DNA from: Octopus vulgaris
Lineage: Eukaryota
Assembly (NCBI GenBank): GCA_951406725.2
Contig: OX597814.1
Coordinates: 102,176,001 to 102,240,000, forward strand
Reading direction: 5' to 3'
Length of the DNA stretch: 64,000 bases
Shown: positions 25,950-38,328 of the stretch, piece after piece
Layout of the letters: every line of letters begins with the position of its first letter
How positions within the stretch are numbered: the stretch's first letter is position 1
The notes under the pieces: model-generated
What the model saw: only the letters and a program-made list of their open reading frames with translations
Databases searched by the model: none
Told to the model about the DNA's origin: nothing
Translations under genes and position numbers: made by a program

Positions 25950-26427
25950 GAGCTTATTTGACATCTGACTTCACACTGCACACACAAAAGATCAATGCTC
26001 AGAATAAAATACCTCTAAAACTCCTCCACGTGTCTCACTACGAATTAGGGAATTCAAGATAAAGAAGATGATGTTGCATAGGATGCTTTGATTAAACAAA
26101 GAACTGATGTTCATGATGTAATGGTTGGGTTTGGAGTTAACAAAAAATATCCTGGGTATCTGCAGAGTTGATGTGTCAGTCAGGAATACAAGTAGAAGAA
26201 AAGACTAACTGATGCAGACAATTCAAAATAGCAAATGGTTTGACTCTCAACAGCAGCAGTGTTGGTAAGGAGCAAGAGTACAAGAAACTTTGAGTCTAAA
26301 TTATTAGAGAGGAATAATAATAAATAGAAGTCACAACCAGCTTCAGCAAGAGAGAGAGAGAGGAGGGAGGGGGAAGAGGACAGGATTTACAAAAAGAAAG
26401 TAAATAGATGGCACACTGCTGCTGATT

Positions 26428-26460
<33 letters not shown>

Positions 26461-26549
26461 AGAGGGAGACAGTCAGAGTAGATTGTAAAGACTACTGTTA
26501 AAATACATGTGTGTGTGTGTATTACGTCATGCAGGCAATATAATAACGC

Positions 26550-29423
26550 AATGCAGGGTTCTATTCAACTGTAGCCTTTGCAGCCACCAAACTGAGCCCC
26601 TTTTATCTGCAACAGTGTATTTAACAATGTGCAACTAAGTACATTTAGTTTTGTATCACTACAACATCCTTTTCTTTAAGCAATTCACGCACTAATAAAA
26701 CTGACAAATGAAAATAGGGTTTCTTCTCTCTCAAAGAAAAAAATAAAGAAGAAATTGTTTTGTTACAAGAGTAATACACAATATGTACTTTAAATAACAT
26801 GAACAGCTTTATGGTGCAAAGTTTTCATAGCACTCTGGTGTTTTCACTCTTCTACCTGATCTTGTGATTCTTTTAGGGGTTGGTGTTGAGCACTTCTCAT
26901 GCATTTGGTCATTATTTTGTGTTTCTGTGTTTTATCAGGAGGAGCATTTGTGGTTTCTTTCTTTGAGTTGAGTAACATGTTCCATGGAGTTTGTAGGGAT
27001 CCTAACATGTTTTATGGGGTTTGTGGAGTCAGTTGGATGATCTGAAAGATGTTTCCATCAGTGTGATCTGTTCATACTGTTCGTCTATGCCTATGCCAAT
27101 ATCTCTCGGTTCCCTTCTGTTTCTCCACAAATCTCCATGTGTTGTTTTCATAATGTAAGACATCGGTTCTTTACATTGTCTTGCTATTTCTCCAGGTATC
27201 CAACGTTTGTTGTTTTTGTCAAAAACTTGTACAGCTTATCCTTTGTGCAACGGAGGTAATTTCATCTTTGCATGTTGATCATATGCAGTTTTCATTTGTA
27301 TTTTCTTTTCTTCAAGAAGTTTTTCCTGTCTTTGAGTTTCATGATAATAGCTCCAGCATAATGGCACAAGTGTTGTGGTCATTCTGCCCAATAGGATCTC
27401 AGCGGGTGATGGCATCTTTGAGTTTAATGGTGTAGCTCATAGATTCAACAATGCATTGTTTATATTTTTGGAATGTCATTTTGATTGTCTGTACTTGTCT
27501 CACTATGAATACATTTGATTGTGGGAACCTTGGTGATGATGTAGTATGTTGAATTCCCCCATTTCTGTGTGAATTGTTGAAATGGTTTTCCGGTATATTA
27601 AGGACCACTGTCACTGAAAATTTCGTCATATTGTTGTTTTTCTTGTGCAATACAACACCATATGATTTGGTTATTTTATGCGGTAAAACACACACTATAC
27701 AGCTGAACTGATAACAATAATCTTGTTTGGTTCTGCACTTGAAAGTTGTTATATCTGACTTCTTCCAGCAAGAATAGCTTCAAATTTTCTACCCTCTGTT
27801 AGGGCATCTTCAAGTTTGTAGTCTCTCTCCTTTCTAAACAGCTCTTTTTGGAAGGCTTCAACGAAAATTAAAGCAATCAATAATCCATTGTTCAAGCGCT
27901 TTGTCTTCAAACTCAGCTTTTTTGCTATTGTTCGCACTCTTGTAACAAAGTCACCAATTATCTCATGCTGCTGTCTACATTCCATCAGTTTAAGACAATG
28001 TATTCTGAAATTGACGTTTGTCTTCACTTGTACCACGAACAATTCCCACAGTTTATTTGGGTTTTTTTTTTTGTCAGCATCTAATAAGCTAGATGCATTC
28101 AGACGTTCAAGTCCCTCATTTCCAATGCCTCTTAATATTTTTAAGGCTATTTTCTTTCATCATCATCGTTTAACGTCCGCTTTCCATGCTAGCATGGGTT
28201 GGACGATTTTGACTGAGGACTGGTGAACCAGATGGCTGCACCAGGCTCCAATCTTGATCTGGCAGAGTTTCTACAGCTGGATGCCCTTCCTAATGCCAAC
28301 CACTCCAAGAGTGGTTTTTACGTGCCAGTCAGGCTGTACTGGCAACGACCTCGCTTGAATCTTTTTACACATGCCACCGGCACAGGTGCCAGTAAGGCGA
28401 CACTGGTAACAATCATGCTCAAATGGTGCCTTTTATGTGCCACTGGCCCAGAAGCCGGTTAGCCGCTCTGTCAGCGATCACACTCGTATGGTACTCTTTG
28501 CACCCCGCTAGCATGGTGGCCAGTCATCAAATTTGATTTCTTTGCTTCTGTAATTTCCTCATCTTCACAATAGTACATGATGTTTTGTTTGAATATTTGC
28601 AGAGCTTCAGCTGCATTGCCTGTGTGCCTTTGCATTTCCAGGAATGTGAGACGTCACCATATTGTTGCTTTTCTTGTGTAATACAACACCATATGATTTA
28701 GTTATTTTATGTGGCAAAACACACACTATACTCTCTTTACTCTTTTACTTGTTCCAGTCATTTGACTGCAGCCATGCTGGAGCACCGCCTTTAGTCGAGC
28801 AAATCGACCCCAGAACTTATTCTTTGTAAGCCTAGTACTTATTCTATCGATCCCTTTTGCCGAATCGCTAAGTTACGGGAACATGAACACACCAGCATCG
28901 GTTGTCAAGCGATGTTGGGAGGACAAACACAGATACACAAACACGACAGGCTTCTTTCAGTTTCCGTCTACCAAATCCACTGACAAGGCTTTGGTCGGCC
29001 TGAGGCTATAGTAAGCAAGCTACTTACCACACAGCCACTCCTGCACCTATACAGCTGAACTGATAACAATAATCTTGTATATAAATTTGTAGCGATGCCT
29101 CCAGCTAAACACGTGTAGTCCATTGTAGTTTGTGTGTGTATGTGTATTCTTGCAATTTGTCACTGGGTATGTTTCCTTCTTGTTGTTTTGTTTTGTGTTA
29201 CATCGTGTTCACTGACGATACTGGTACATTGTAGCATTTAGCAATGTCTAATGATAATGTGATTTTTTAAAATGAGGTGATGATGCGAAAAGTTTTGTTT
29301 TGATATACAACTGTAGTCTATACAACTGTAGTCCCCACAGTCACCAAACTGATCCCCTTTTATCTGCAACAGCATATTTAACAATGTGCAACTAAGTACA
29401 TTTAGTTTCGTATCATTACAACA
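26550..29423 (-). mobile_element. Internally deleted Gypsy-like LTR element (gag and integrase remnants)
   Basis: About 115-bp direct repeats ending ...ACAACA at 26666 and 29423; PBS-like TGGTGAC at 28653-28659; purine tract 26667-26680; integrase HTTSSPRFPQSN; gag ORF 27749-28042. Confidence 0.8.
28732..29048 (-). mobile_element. Dominant-family SINE inserted in a Gypsy 5' LTR
   Basis: TSD CTATAC; the uninterrupted target sequence is visible at about 27700-27720. Confidence 0.85.
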
Positions 29424-30409
29424 AAGTGTATGCAACAAAGAGAAAGAGAGAGAGAGGGAAAGAAAGAAAGATTATTGTTGCTGTAAACTTGTGCAAAATC
29501 CTACTAAAAAAATATCTATGATCAAAGGTAACAAAGCCATGACTGACCATCCAGTCTGCTGGTTCATTTGATTGGGTTATCCAAGATGATTTTGTTTGCT
29601 GTAGTTGCTTTTAAAAGATAGTAGGGATATTTCACTGCTATTTCAAGCAGGCTGAGTGAGTACAGAGGCTCCCACAAAGCTAAATTCTGCTGGCAACAAA
29701 AACAAAAAGTGACATGCAATCAACCAACACACTGAAAACAAAGTGACATGTGACCAAACCAAAAGAGCAGATGATATCTCATGTAAAAAAAAGAAGACAA
29801 TAGAAGCAAACACATCACAGTAATCACCTGTTACTTCTGTATTTATGTTGAACCATTGTTGTAATTCATAATTGTAATGTTAGGTATTCATTAAATATAT
29901 TTATATTGAGAACAATAAAGCAAATAATATAGGTCCATGCATCAATTTCTTTCATGATAGTGACTGGCATCAAGCTACTATAATAAAATGGACACTAGCA
30001 TACTTGACAAAGACAAGAAATCTTGAGTAATTGATATGATACAGATATTGATGAGAAATAAATCGATATAAATGACAAATTCTGGAAAAGACAACCCCAA
30101 AATTATACCCTCAGTGATAAAAAGCAAATCACTCTAAATGATCAATCACACATCAAAAAAAAAAAACAAGGCAGGGGAGACAACTGTTACATTTTAATTA
30201 AAATTGATTAAATTTTGAAAGCAAAGTGAATAAGTCAAGATTTGTTCTCTTCACCAACAGTGATTTTACATGAAAAACTACCTCTAGCCTTTAAGATCAA
30301 ATATGCAACTTTATGTAGCTTAGTGGTTAGGATATTAGGATTATGATCATAAGGTTGTGAGTTCAATTCCCAATGATGCGTTATGTCCTTGAGCAAGACA
30401 CTTTATTTC

Positions 30410-31530
30410 ATGTTACTGAGTTGGCAAAAATGAATCCTAGAAACATCTTTCATATCACATTTCCTGATCAGAATATAATCTATGAGATGAAAGTGCTTAG
30501 ATCTTGGGTGCATCCAGGTGGTTTTATATTTATTTTTCTGCTTAAACAGAGTGTTGGTGACAACCAGATTATTCTCAGTACAAAGCGTCAAAAGAGCTAG
30601 TCCATTTTTATTGCATTTTCCAATCCCATGTCGACCTAAAACAGACCATGAGACATAGCCCTTTCCAACTCTTGCATTGAAATCTCCCGATATGACCAGC
30701 TTGTCAAAAATTGGTGCTTTCTTCAATAATTGTGCAAGATCATCATAAGACTGTCCTACAGTTTCATCAGGATTGGACATTGTTGGTGCATAAATACTGA
30801 CAACAGTAAGAAACCTACCTTTTATTAGTTTAATACGGCATGACATGATCTGCTCAGATATATCAGTTGGAAGCTCTGCAATGGAGGATACTAATGTATT
30901 CTTGAGGGCAAACCCAGCACCAGATTTTCTATGCTCACCCTTAGGTAGGCCCCTCCAAAAGATAGTATATCCATAAGTAAGTTCATTTACTTGACCCTCA
31001 CCAGAGAGACAAGTTTCAGAGAGTGCAACAAAATCAAGGGAATATTTCTTAAGCTCACATGCAATAAGTGCAGTATGCCTTTCTGGCTTCTTGTTGAAAT
31101 TATCATCAAGTGTGAGCACATTCTAACAGCCAAAATTCAAAGGATACACTGGGACACCTGCCAAGCCAGACCTATTCCCCTGACATACTCAAGCCTTTTT
31201 TGCCATTTACTGAATCTGTTTGAGACATTTTAGAGTAAGTTACAAGTGCATTTTTAGGTTTCTGCCAACCAACTAATTCAATGATTTTACTAAGATTTGG
31301 TATACAGGAAGTACCTGTACAGATGAATAATTTTCCATGGGTGTAGCTTGCACTGCACTACCCCCACCTATTGGCCCATAAAGACTTTCACCGGTGTGAG
31401 ATGAAGACTGACAAAACCAAGAACTTTCAAGGTCTCAGGTTTTATTTCGGAGATTTCCTTCTCCTAGGTAGATTACCAACCAAGGTTAAAGAGCTTCTAC
31501 CTGCCCATGGGGTAAGCTATCCCACTCCAG
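30410..31530 (-). mobile_element. 5' part of an RTE/BovB-like LINE (AP endonuclease domain), 3'-truncated
   Basis: 238-aa ORF with ALSET, SIYAPT, GDFNARVG, TWMHPRSK and LIDYIL endonuclease motifs. Confidence 0.92.
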
Positions 31531-32101
31531 ACACCAAACCGACACTCAAACACTCTACACAGTGATCAAATATCACTCCGGTTAACGACGCGGAGTAGCT
31601 CACTGATACATAATAGAATAGAAAGAAAAGAAAAGTATGATATGTGATTTGCAAATGTAAATAAGAATTATATATACCTATAAAAAAGTAAAAGATAAGC
31701 AATAAATATAAATATGTATATAAAAGAAAAAATATACATATATACATATAAAAAATTTTAAAAAGTAAAAAAATAAGAAAAATAAAAAAAGTACAATGTG
31801 TGATAGGGAATGAAATAAGAATTAAATATAAAGAAAAGTAAAAGATATGCAATTGAAAGATATAAAATAATATATATAACAGTAAAAAATACACAATAAA
31901 AATAAACATATATACACATATAAAAAGAAGATATAGATATATTTACAGATATTTTGTTGGACAGCCATTCATTGTTCGTGAGTTCCTCTGCCCTTTGACA
32001 GGGCTCATTTTTCATCCCGCAGGGTATCCAAGAACACCCACCTCACCATGCAAGCCTGGTGGGATTGCCAGTTTATTCACAGACAACCCGACCATATATT
32101 T

Positions 32102-32620
32102 AGTTCTATATTTAGGAGCTGAGGAATTATGTGCATTATTTGCATTTAACAGATATTTGTCCTCATCTTGTTTCCTGTTAACACAACATTTTGGCTGATA
32201 TACCCTCTGGCCTTCTTCAGGTGTCTTGGGGAAATTTTGAACCTGGGTTCTCATTCCTAATGTATTTTTTGATATATTTATTTTTGTTGTTCAGGTCACT
32301 GCTTGGAATCAAACTCGGAATCTTGGGGTTAGTAGCCCATGCTCTTAACCACAATGCCAATTGCCCATGGGCATATAGCATAGTGGTTAAGAGCATGGCT
32401 ACTAACCCTAAGATTCCGAATTTGATTCCAAGCAGTGACCTGAACAACAATAATAACAACAATAATAATAATAACAACAACATCGAAAAATACCTTAGGA
32501 ATGAGAACCCAGGTTCAAAATTTCCACAAGACACCTGAAGAAGGCTGGAGGGTATATCAGCCGAAATGTTGTGTTAACAACAAACAAGATGAGGACAAAT
32601 ATCCGTCGAATGTAAATAAT
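32102..32620. mobile_element. Palindromic non-autonomous Penelope-like element with tRNA-like heads and hammerhead cores (copy B)
   Basis: Head-to-head palindrome centred at 32367-32368. Both arms carry tRNA-like head, AAT/AAC spacer and CTGAAGA..GAAA core (32535-32566). One-sided tail 32102-32134. Confidence 0.75.
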
Positions 32621-33400
32621 TTCTGGTTATGTTTGCACTGACAAGCAGAGAACATGTTACAATGCTGACCATGAAATATGCAACTGAACCTTTTTAAAAG
32701 AATTTTTCTTTCTTCATTTCCTCAACTTCAGCACATGTGTATATTTTCGATAAATTAGTTTGACTTTAGCATCCCTTTCCAGTGTGTAGATTTACTTATA
32801 GCAACAGCCCTTATTGTAATAATGTATTTAAAAAAAATTATATACTTAGTATTAAATTTTTGCCTTAATTGGTTTTACACACTGGCTACTTGATAAAATC
32901 TTATATTATCCTTATATTAAATATATATATATATGTATATATATAACGTCCGTTTTCCATGCTAGCAAGGAAAACGGACATTAAACGATGATGATGATGA
33001 TATATATATATATATATATAGTGTGTTAGAGAGAGAGATTGTTGTAAATGAGTGATACCAGCATATAGTGTTCTTCATTTCAAAGCATCCATGAAAGCAC
33101 AGCCATCCATGGAGAAATGTTACTTTACTTGGAAATAGGTGAAGGTTAATAGCAGGAAGAGTATCCCACCATAAAAAACAAAAATTGCCTCAACAAATTC
33201 CATCTGACCCATGGAAGCTTCAAAATATGTAAGATGATGAGGAAATCCTACTTCAGTTGTTGAAATCAGGTAAGTTAATTGAAATTTATCTGGAAAAACT
33301 GTCAGTGAATCAAGAGATTACTTTCCTGTAACACTCATTAAGTCATGAAGACTATTTCTGATGAGATAAAAAGAAGGAAGTGAATCAAAATAATTCTTAC

Positions 33401-33520
33401 TGTCATTCCTAAGCAGAGGAATTGCTTTTTGGTCTCCGTTACCTCATGATAGGCATGTTTTGTAGCTTTCTCTCGAACTGCCATGGCAGACCGCAAAGAA
33501 TGCAATTTGGAGCAGGCATC
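33401..33520 (-). CDS. FPGS: FPGS exon 2 (DACSKLHSLRSAMAVREKATKHAYHEVTETKKQFLCLGMT)
   Basis: Poly-T tract + ccag acceptor, gtaaga donor, 120 nt open, phase 0/0. Resembles the DAxxxLxxL N-terminal helix of eukaryotic FPGS. Confidence 0.85.
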
Positions 33521-35044
33521 CTGGTAAAAAAAAAAAGTTCATGTGTGATTAAAACAATGAAGTATTTTAAGAGAATGGTCAAAAGAATCTGCAGATCTAG
33601 TTATTTAGTAAGTCTACTATTAATCCCTTTATCATTTAAACCAGTGAAATCTGTCCAAAATATTCTAGCTGTTTTATGTTCAAACTGGCCAAATCTGACG
33701 TTTCACACCTGCCCTACAATGCCATTCAGAGAATAAACAATCACATTATCAAAACCTCAATGGTATGAAATAATGGATGATTAATTCAAAACAATGTGAA
33801 TTAATGAGCATTACATTTAACAGAGTAATATGAATGCTAAGGTGTTATGTGTACATGTTTTATATGTTAAGATGAAAATCTGATAAAGTACACACATCTT
33901 TGATGTCCTATTTCTAGCATTTATGCTAGCTAAATATTAACTTATAATTCAACATATATGGAGACATTGTTACAAAATTTGAATAATTTTACATTTCACT
34001 GGTTACCTATAATTAAGTACATGTACTTATCTGATGCATTGGTACCTTTTGTTTAGTTTGTTTCGCGTCTCTCAAGAGAAAAGCTGCAGAATATGAGTAT
34101 TGCTTACATCACCCTTTCATTACTGTATTTATTTTGAGATATTCTGTGTTTCTTTCAATTAATTTTAAATATAACAACGAGAAGCAACAGTCAACAATAT
34201 TACTTTGATTTGATCATCAATATCCAGAAAACTAAAGTGTTTGCAATGCTGGAATAATCAGGATAGGTTTAATGTAGTCTTTATAACTTATGTTATTGCT
34301 TTTATCAGTTGGACAAATGCAGTACCTGTGGCTGTTGTATGTATGTTTTTCTGTTATTTGTTTTTGTTTTTTTTTTTAACCTTCTTAAGTCATGCTGACT
34401 CATAAAAGCCAGTTTCCTAGTTTCATGGCATATACATCCCCCACTTGGACAGGTCACCACTTTGTCGCAGGATTACTCACTTTTGCCAGCTGAGTGGACT
34501 GAAGCAACGTGAAATGAAGTGTTTTGCTCAAGAACAAAACACACTGCTTGGTTCAGGAATTGAAACCACAAAATTTATGATCACGAGTCCAACACCCTAA
34601 CCACTGAGTCATACACCTCCACTTGTGAGTCATTTTGATTTCTTTCCCGTGTCTTCTGTATGCTCTCTAAATGGTGTCTTCTCTATGTGTATGTGTGTCA
34701 TATGTTTATGTTGTTGAACGGGGTGGTTGATTATGTTTGTCATTGTCTAGTAAGCACAGTCACAGCTGTGTGGTTAAGAAGCTTGGGTTCAGTCTTCCAG
34801 TATAGTCCTGGACCAACTAAAGCTGTATGAGTGAATTTGGCAGAAGAAGACTGAAAGAGGCCCATTGTGTGTGTGTGTGTGTGTGCGCGCGCGCGTGCGC
34901 ATGTGCGCGTGTGTGCACTGATCTTTTGGCTAGATATCACATGATAGTTATAAACAAGAACCACCATCATATAAGTGATATTATTTGTTTCCAGTCTTCT
35001 GTGAAAAATGTGTCTGGCCAAGGGGAAATATTACCTATTTCTTT

Positions 35045-35387
35045 ACCAGCACCGCCCCGACTGGCCTCATGCTGGTGGCACGTAAAAAGCACCATCCGTT
35101 CGTGGCTGTTGCCAGCCTCGCCTGGCCCCAGTGCCGGTGGCACGTAAAAAGCACCATCCGATCGTGGCCATTTGCCAGCCTCGTCTGGCACCTGTGCCGG
35201 TGGTACGTAAAAAGCACCCACTACACTCACAGAGTGGTTGGCGTTAGGAAGGGCATCCAGCCGTAGAAACATTGCCAGATCAGACTGGGCCTGGTGCAGC
35301 CTTCTGGCTTCCCAGACCCCAGTTGAACCGCCCAACCCATGCTAGCATGGAAAGCGGGCGCTAAACGATGATGATGATGATGATGAT
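35045..35387 (+). mobile_element. RTE LINE 3'-UTR fragment with tandem repeats (others at 7450-7780, 19259-19580, 28157-28530, 41250-41460)
   Basis: Same sequence as the 3' end of the 14928-16890 LINE; (GAT)n tail. Confidence 0.8.
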
Positions 35388-35607
35388 TTACTACCCACAA
35401 CAGGCTAAACACAGAGAGGACAAACAAGTACAGACAAATGGATTAAGTCGATTATATTGACCCAGTGCATAACTGGTACTTATTTAATCGACCCCAAAAG
35501 GATGAAAGGTAAAGTTGACCTCGGTGGAATTTGAACTCAGAACGTAACGGCAGATGAAATACAGCTACGCATTTTGCCAGGCATGCTAACGTTTCTGCCA
35601 GCTCACC
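35388..35607 (-). mobile_element. SINE family with a GCCTTTCATCCTTTCGGGGTCG central domain (copies near 8395-8580, 11280-11480, 19070-20250 cluster, 53520-53730, 61030-61216)
   Basis: Repeated within the window; GAGTTCAAATTCC B box; central domain recalls MetaSINE-type cores (unverified). Confidence 0.8.
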
Positions 35608-36289
35608 ACAAAGGGAAATATTACCTTGCTTGAAAACAGGTGAGAATTGACAACAGAAAGGACAGCTGGCCATGGAAAATCTGCTTCAACAAATTCTCTC
35701 TGACCTATGCTAGCATGGAAAAGCAGATGTTAAATGGCAATGATAATGGTGGTGGTTGGTAAGAGAGAAGACTGAATACTGTTTATTGTTTTGGAGATAG
35801 GTTTCAAAATGAATTAAAGAATTGGAGAAAGGAGGAAAGCCTCAAGCAAAGGGAAAGCCACACCTCGAGCTGAGTGTGTGAAGATGCAAGAAAGCTTTAA
35901 ATTGAGAACAATAGTTAGGATAGTGCTTGGCAGATGGTATTTTATAAGATAGTGGAAATGTTATCTCAAAACTGATTAAGCATTCTTAGTTGTAGTCATG
36001 TCCCTCACTTTCTATAGAAAAAAAAAAAAAAAAAAAACAAGGATATTCTGATTCTGAACTCAGCCAGTATGTTTTGTATCTTTCACTGGTTTCAGTCATC
36101 AGACTGTGGTCATGCAGGGGCACTGCCTTGAAGAACTTTTAGTTGAATTAATCAATCCTAGTGCTCAATTTTTTCCTAAGCCTATTACTTGTTCTATCAG
36201 TTTCTTTTGCCTGAACTGCTGTTTCAGAGACATAAAGACAACAATGTTGGTTGTGAAGCAGTGGTGGAGGACAAACACAAACACATTCT

Positions 36290-36670
36290 TTTATTCTTTT
36301 ACTTGTCATTTGACAGCGGCCATGCTGGAGCACTGCCTTAAAAGGTCTTTTAGTTGAACAAATTTATCCCAGAACTTATTCTTTGTAAGACTAGTACTTA
36401 TTCTATTGGTCTCTTTTACCAAACCATGAAGTTAGAGATGTAAACACACTAACATTGGTTGTCAAGTGATGGTGGGGCAACAAACACAGACAAAGACACA
36501 CACACATATACAACAGGCTTCTTTCAGTTTCTGTCAACCAAATTCATTCACACGACTTTGGTTTGCCTGGGGTTATAGTAAAAGACACTTGCCCAAGGTA
36601 CCACACAGTGGATCTGAACCTGGAACCATCTGGTTGGGAAGCAAGCTTATTACCACACAGTCACGCCTAC
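36290..36670 (-). mobile_element. Dominant-family SINE (further copies near 17365-17520, 20697-21025, 54110-54450, 60300-60530)
   Basis: Sequence match to the 37834 copy. Confidence 0.8.
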
Positions 36671-36689
36671 ACCTATATATATATATATA

Positions 36690-37347
36690 GATGGAGGTGC
36701 AGACGGATGGATGGCGCGGACGGATGGATAGTGCGGACGGATGGATGGTGCGGACAGATGGATGGCGCAGACGGATGGATGGCGCGGACAGATGGATGGC
36801 GCAGACGGATGGATAGTATGGACAGATAGATAGCATGGACAGATAAATAACATAGGCAGATAAATAGCATAGGCAGATAAATAGCATAGACAGATAGATA
36901 TGATAGGATAGACAGACAGATAGGATAGACATATAGGATAGGATAAACAGACAGGATGGACGGATAGGATAGACAGACAGGATGGACGGATAGGATAGAC
37001 AGACAGGATGGACGGATAGGATAGACAGACAGGATGGACGGATAGGATAGACAGACTGGATGGACGGATAAGATAGACAGACTGGATGGACGGATAGGAT
37101 AGACAGACATGATGGACGGATAGGATAGACAGACATGATGGACGGATAGGATAGACAGACAGGATGGACGGATAGGATAGACAGACAGGATGGACGGATA
37201 GGATAGACAGACTGGATGGACGGATAGGATAGACAGACAGGATGGACGGATAGGATAGACAGACAGACAGGATGGACGGATAGGATAGACAGACAGGATG
37301 GACGGATAGGATAGACAGACAGGATGGACGAATAGGATAGACAGACA
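36690..37347. repeat. GGAT/GATA/GACA-derived minisatellite with a 26-bp higher-order unit
   Basis: Period of 26 counted at 36961/36987 (AGGATGGACGGATAGGATAGACAGAC). Confidence 0.92.
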
Positions 37348-37833
37348 CCAATCCTCTCTCTTATATGACAGGTTGTAAATAGTTTTTAGCAATCATTATA
37401 AAAAGAGACAATCCCACATAGTAAAGTGAGTGAAATAAGAGCTTTTATGAAAGGTATACTTTGTTTATCTTGCCAGAGTTACATAGACTAACTGTTTTCT
37501 ATATGTCCTTGTAGTCTATGTTGTTGCACTGCCACAACAGGTTCAGTTGAACAAATCAAACTCAGAACTTACTTTATAATCCTGGTACTTATTCTGTCAG
37601 TTTGTTTTTGCTAAACTGCTGAGTTACAGGGGGATGTAAACAAACCAACAGTCGTTGTTAAGTGGTGTTGTGGGACAAACACAAATACACACAAACATAT
37701 ATATATATATATAAGAAGAAAAATATTTATGTATATATATGTTTTTATAAATATTTGGCAGAAGTAACAGAGTAACTCAAGGCTAAGAGTCACTCTGTTA
37801 CTTGTACCAAATATTAATAAAAAAAAAACAAAT

Positions 37834-38258
37834 AGGCGCAGGAATGGCTGTGTGGTAAGTAGCTTGCTTACCAACCACATGGTTCCGGGTTCAGTCCCAC
37901 TGCGTGACATCTTGGGTAAGTGTCTTCTGCTATAGCCTCGGGCCAACCAATGCCTTGTGAGTGGATTTGGTAGATGGAAACTGAAAGAAGCCTGTCGTAT
38001 ATATGTATATATATATATATATATAAATATATATGTATTTGTGTGTATGTTTGTGTGTCTGTGTTTGTCCCCCCAGCATTGCTTGACAACCGATGCTGGT
38101 GTGTTTACGCCCCCGTCACTTAGCGGTTCGGCAAAAGAGACCAATAGAATAAGTACTGGGCTTACAAAGAATAAGTCCCGGGGTCGATTTGCTCGACTAA
38201 AGGCGGTGCTCCAGCATGGCCGCAGTCAAATGACTGAAACAAGTAAAAGAGTAAAGAG
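37834..38258 (+). mobile_element. Full-length tRNA-derived SINE of the dominant family (internal TA/TG microsatellite)
   Basis: AGGCGCAGGA.TGGCTGTGTGG head with GGTTCAGTCCC B-box-like motif and GTAAAAGA tail; many copies in the window. Confidence 0.9.
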
Positions 38259-38328
38259 TATATATACTCGTGTTTTGAGTTGTATTTTTCCTATTAGCAT
38301 TGCCAAACATATACATATATATTTTAAA

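Noticed and set aside
31517-32015. Hydrophobic membrane-protein-like ORFs (also 12152-12460)
   Set aside because: Low-complexity A/T-skewed sequence producing F/I/L/Y-rich translations.
36573-37392. 187-239 aa repetitive ORFs
   Set aside because: Translation of the 26-bp minisatellite.
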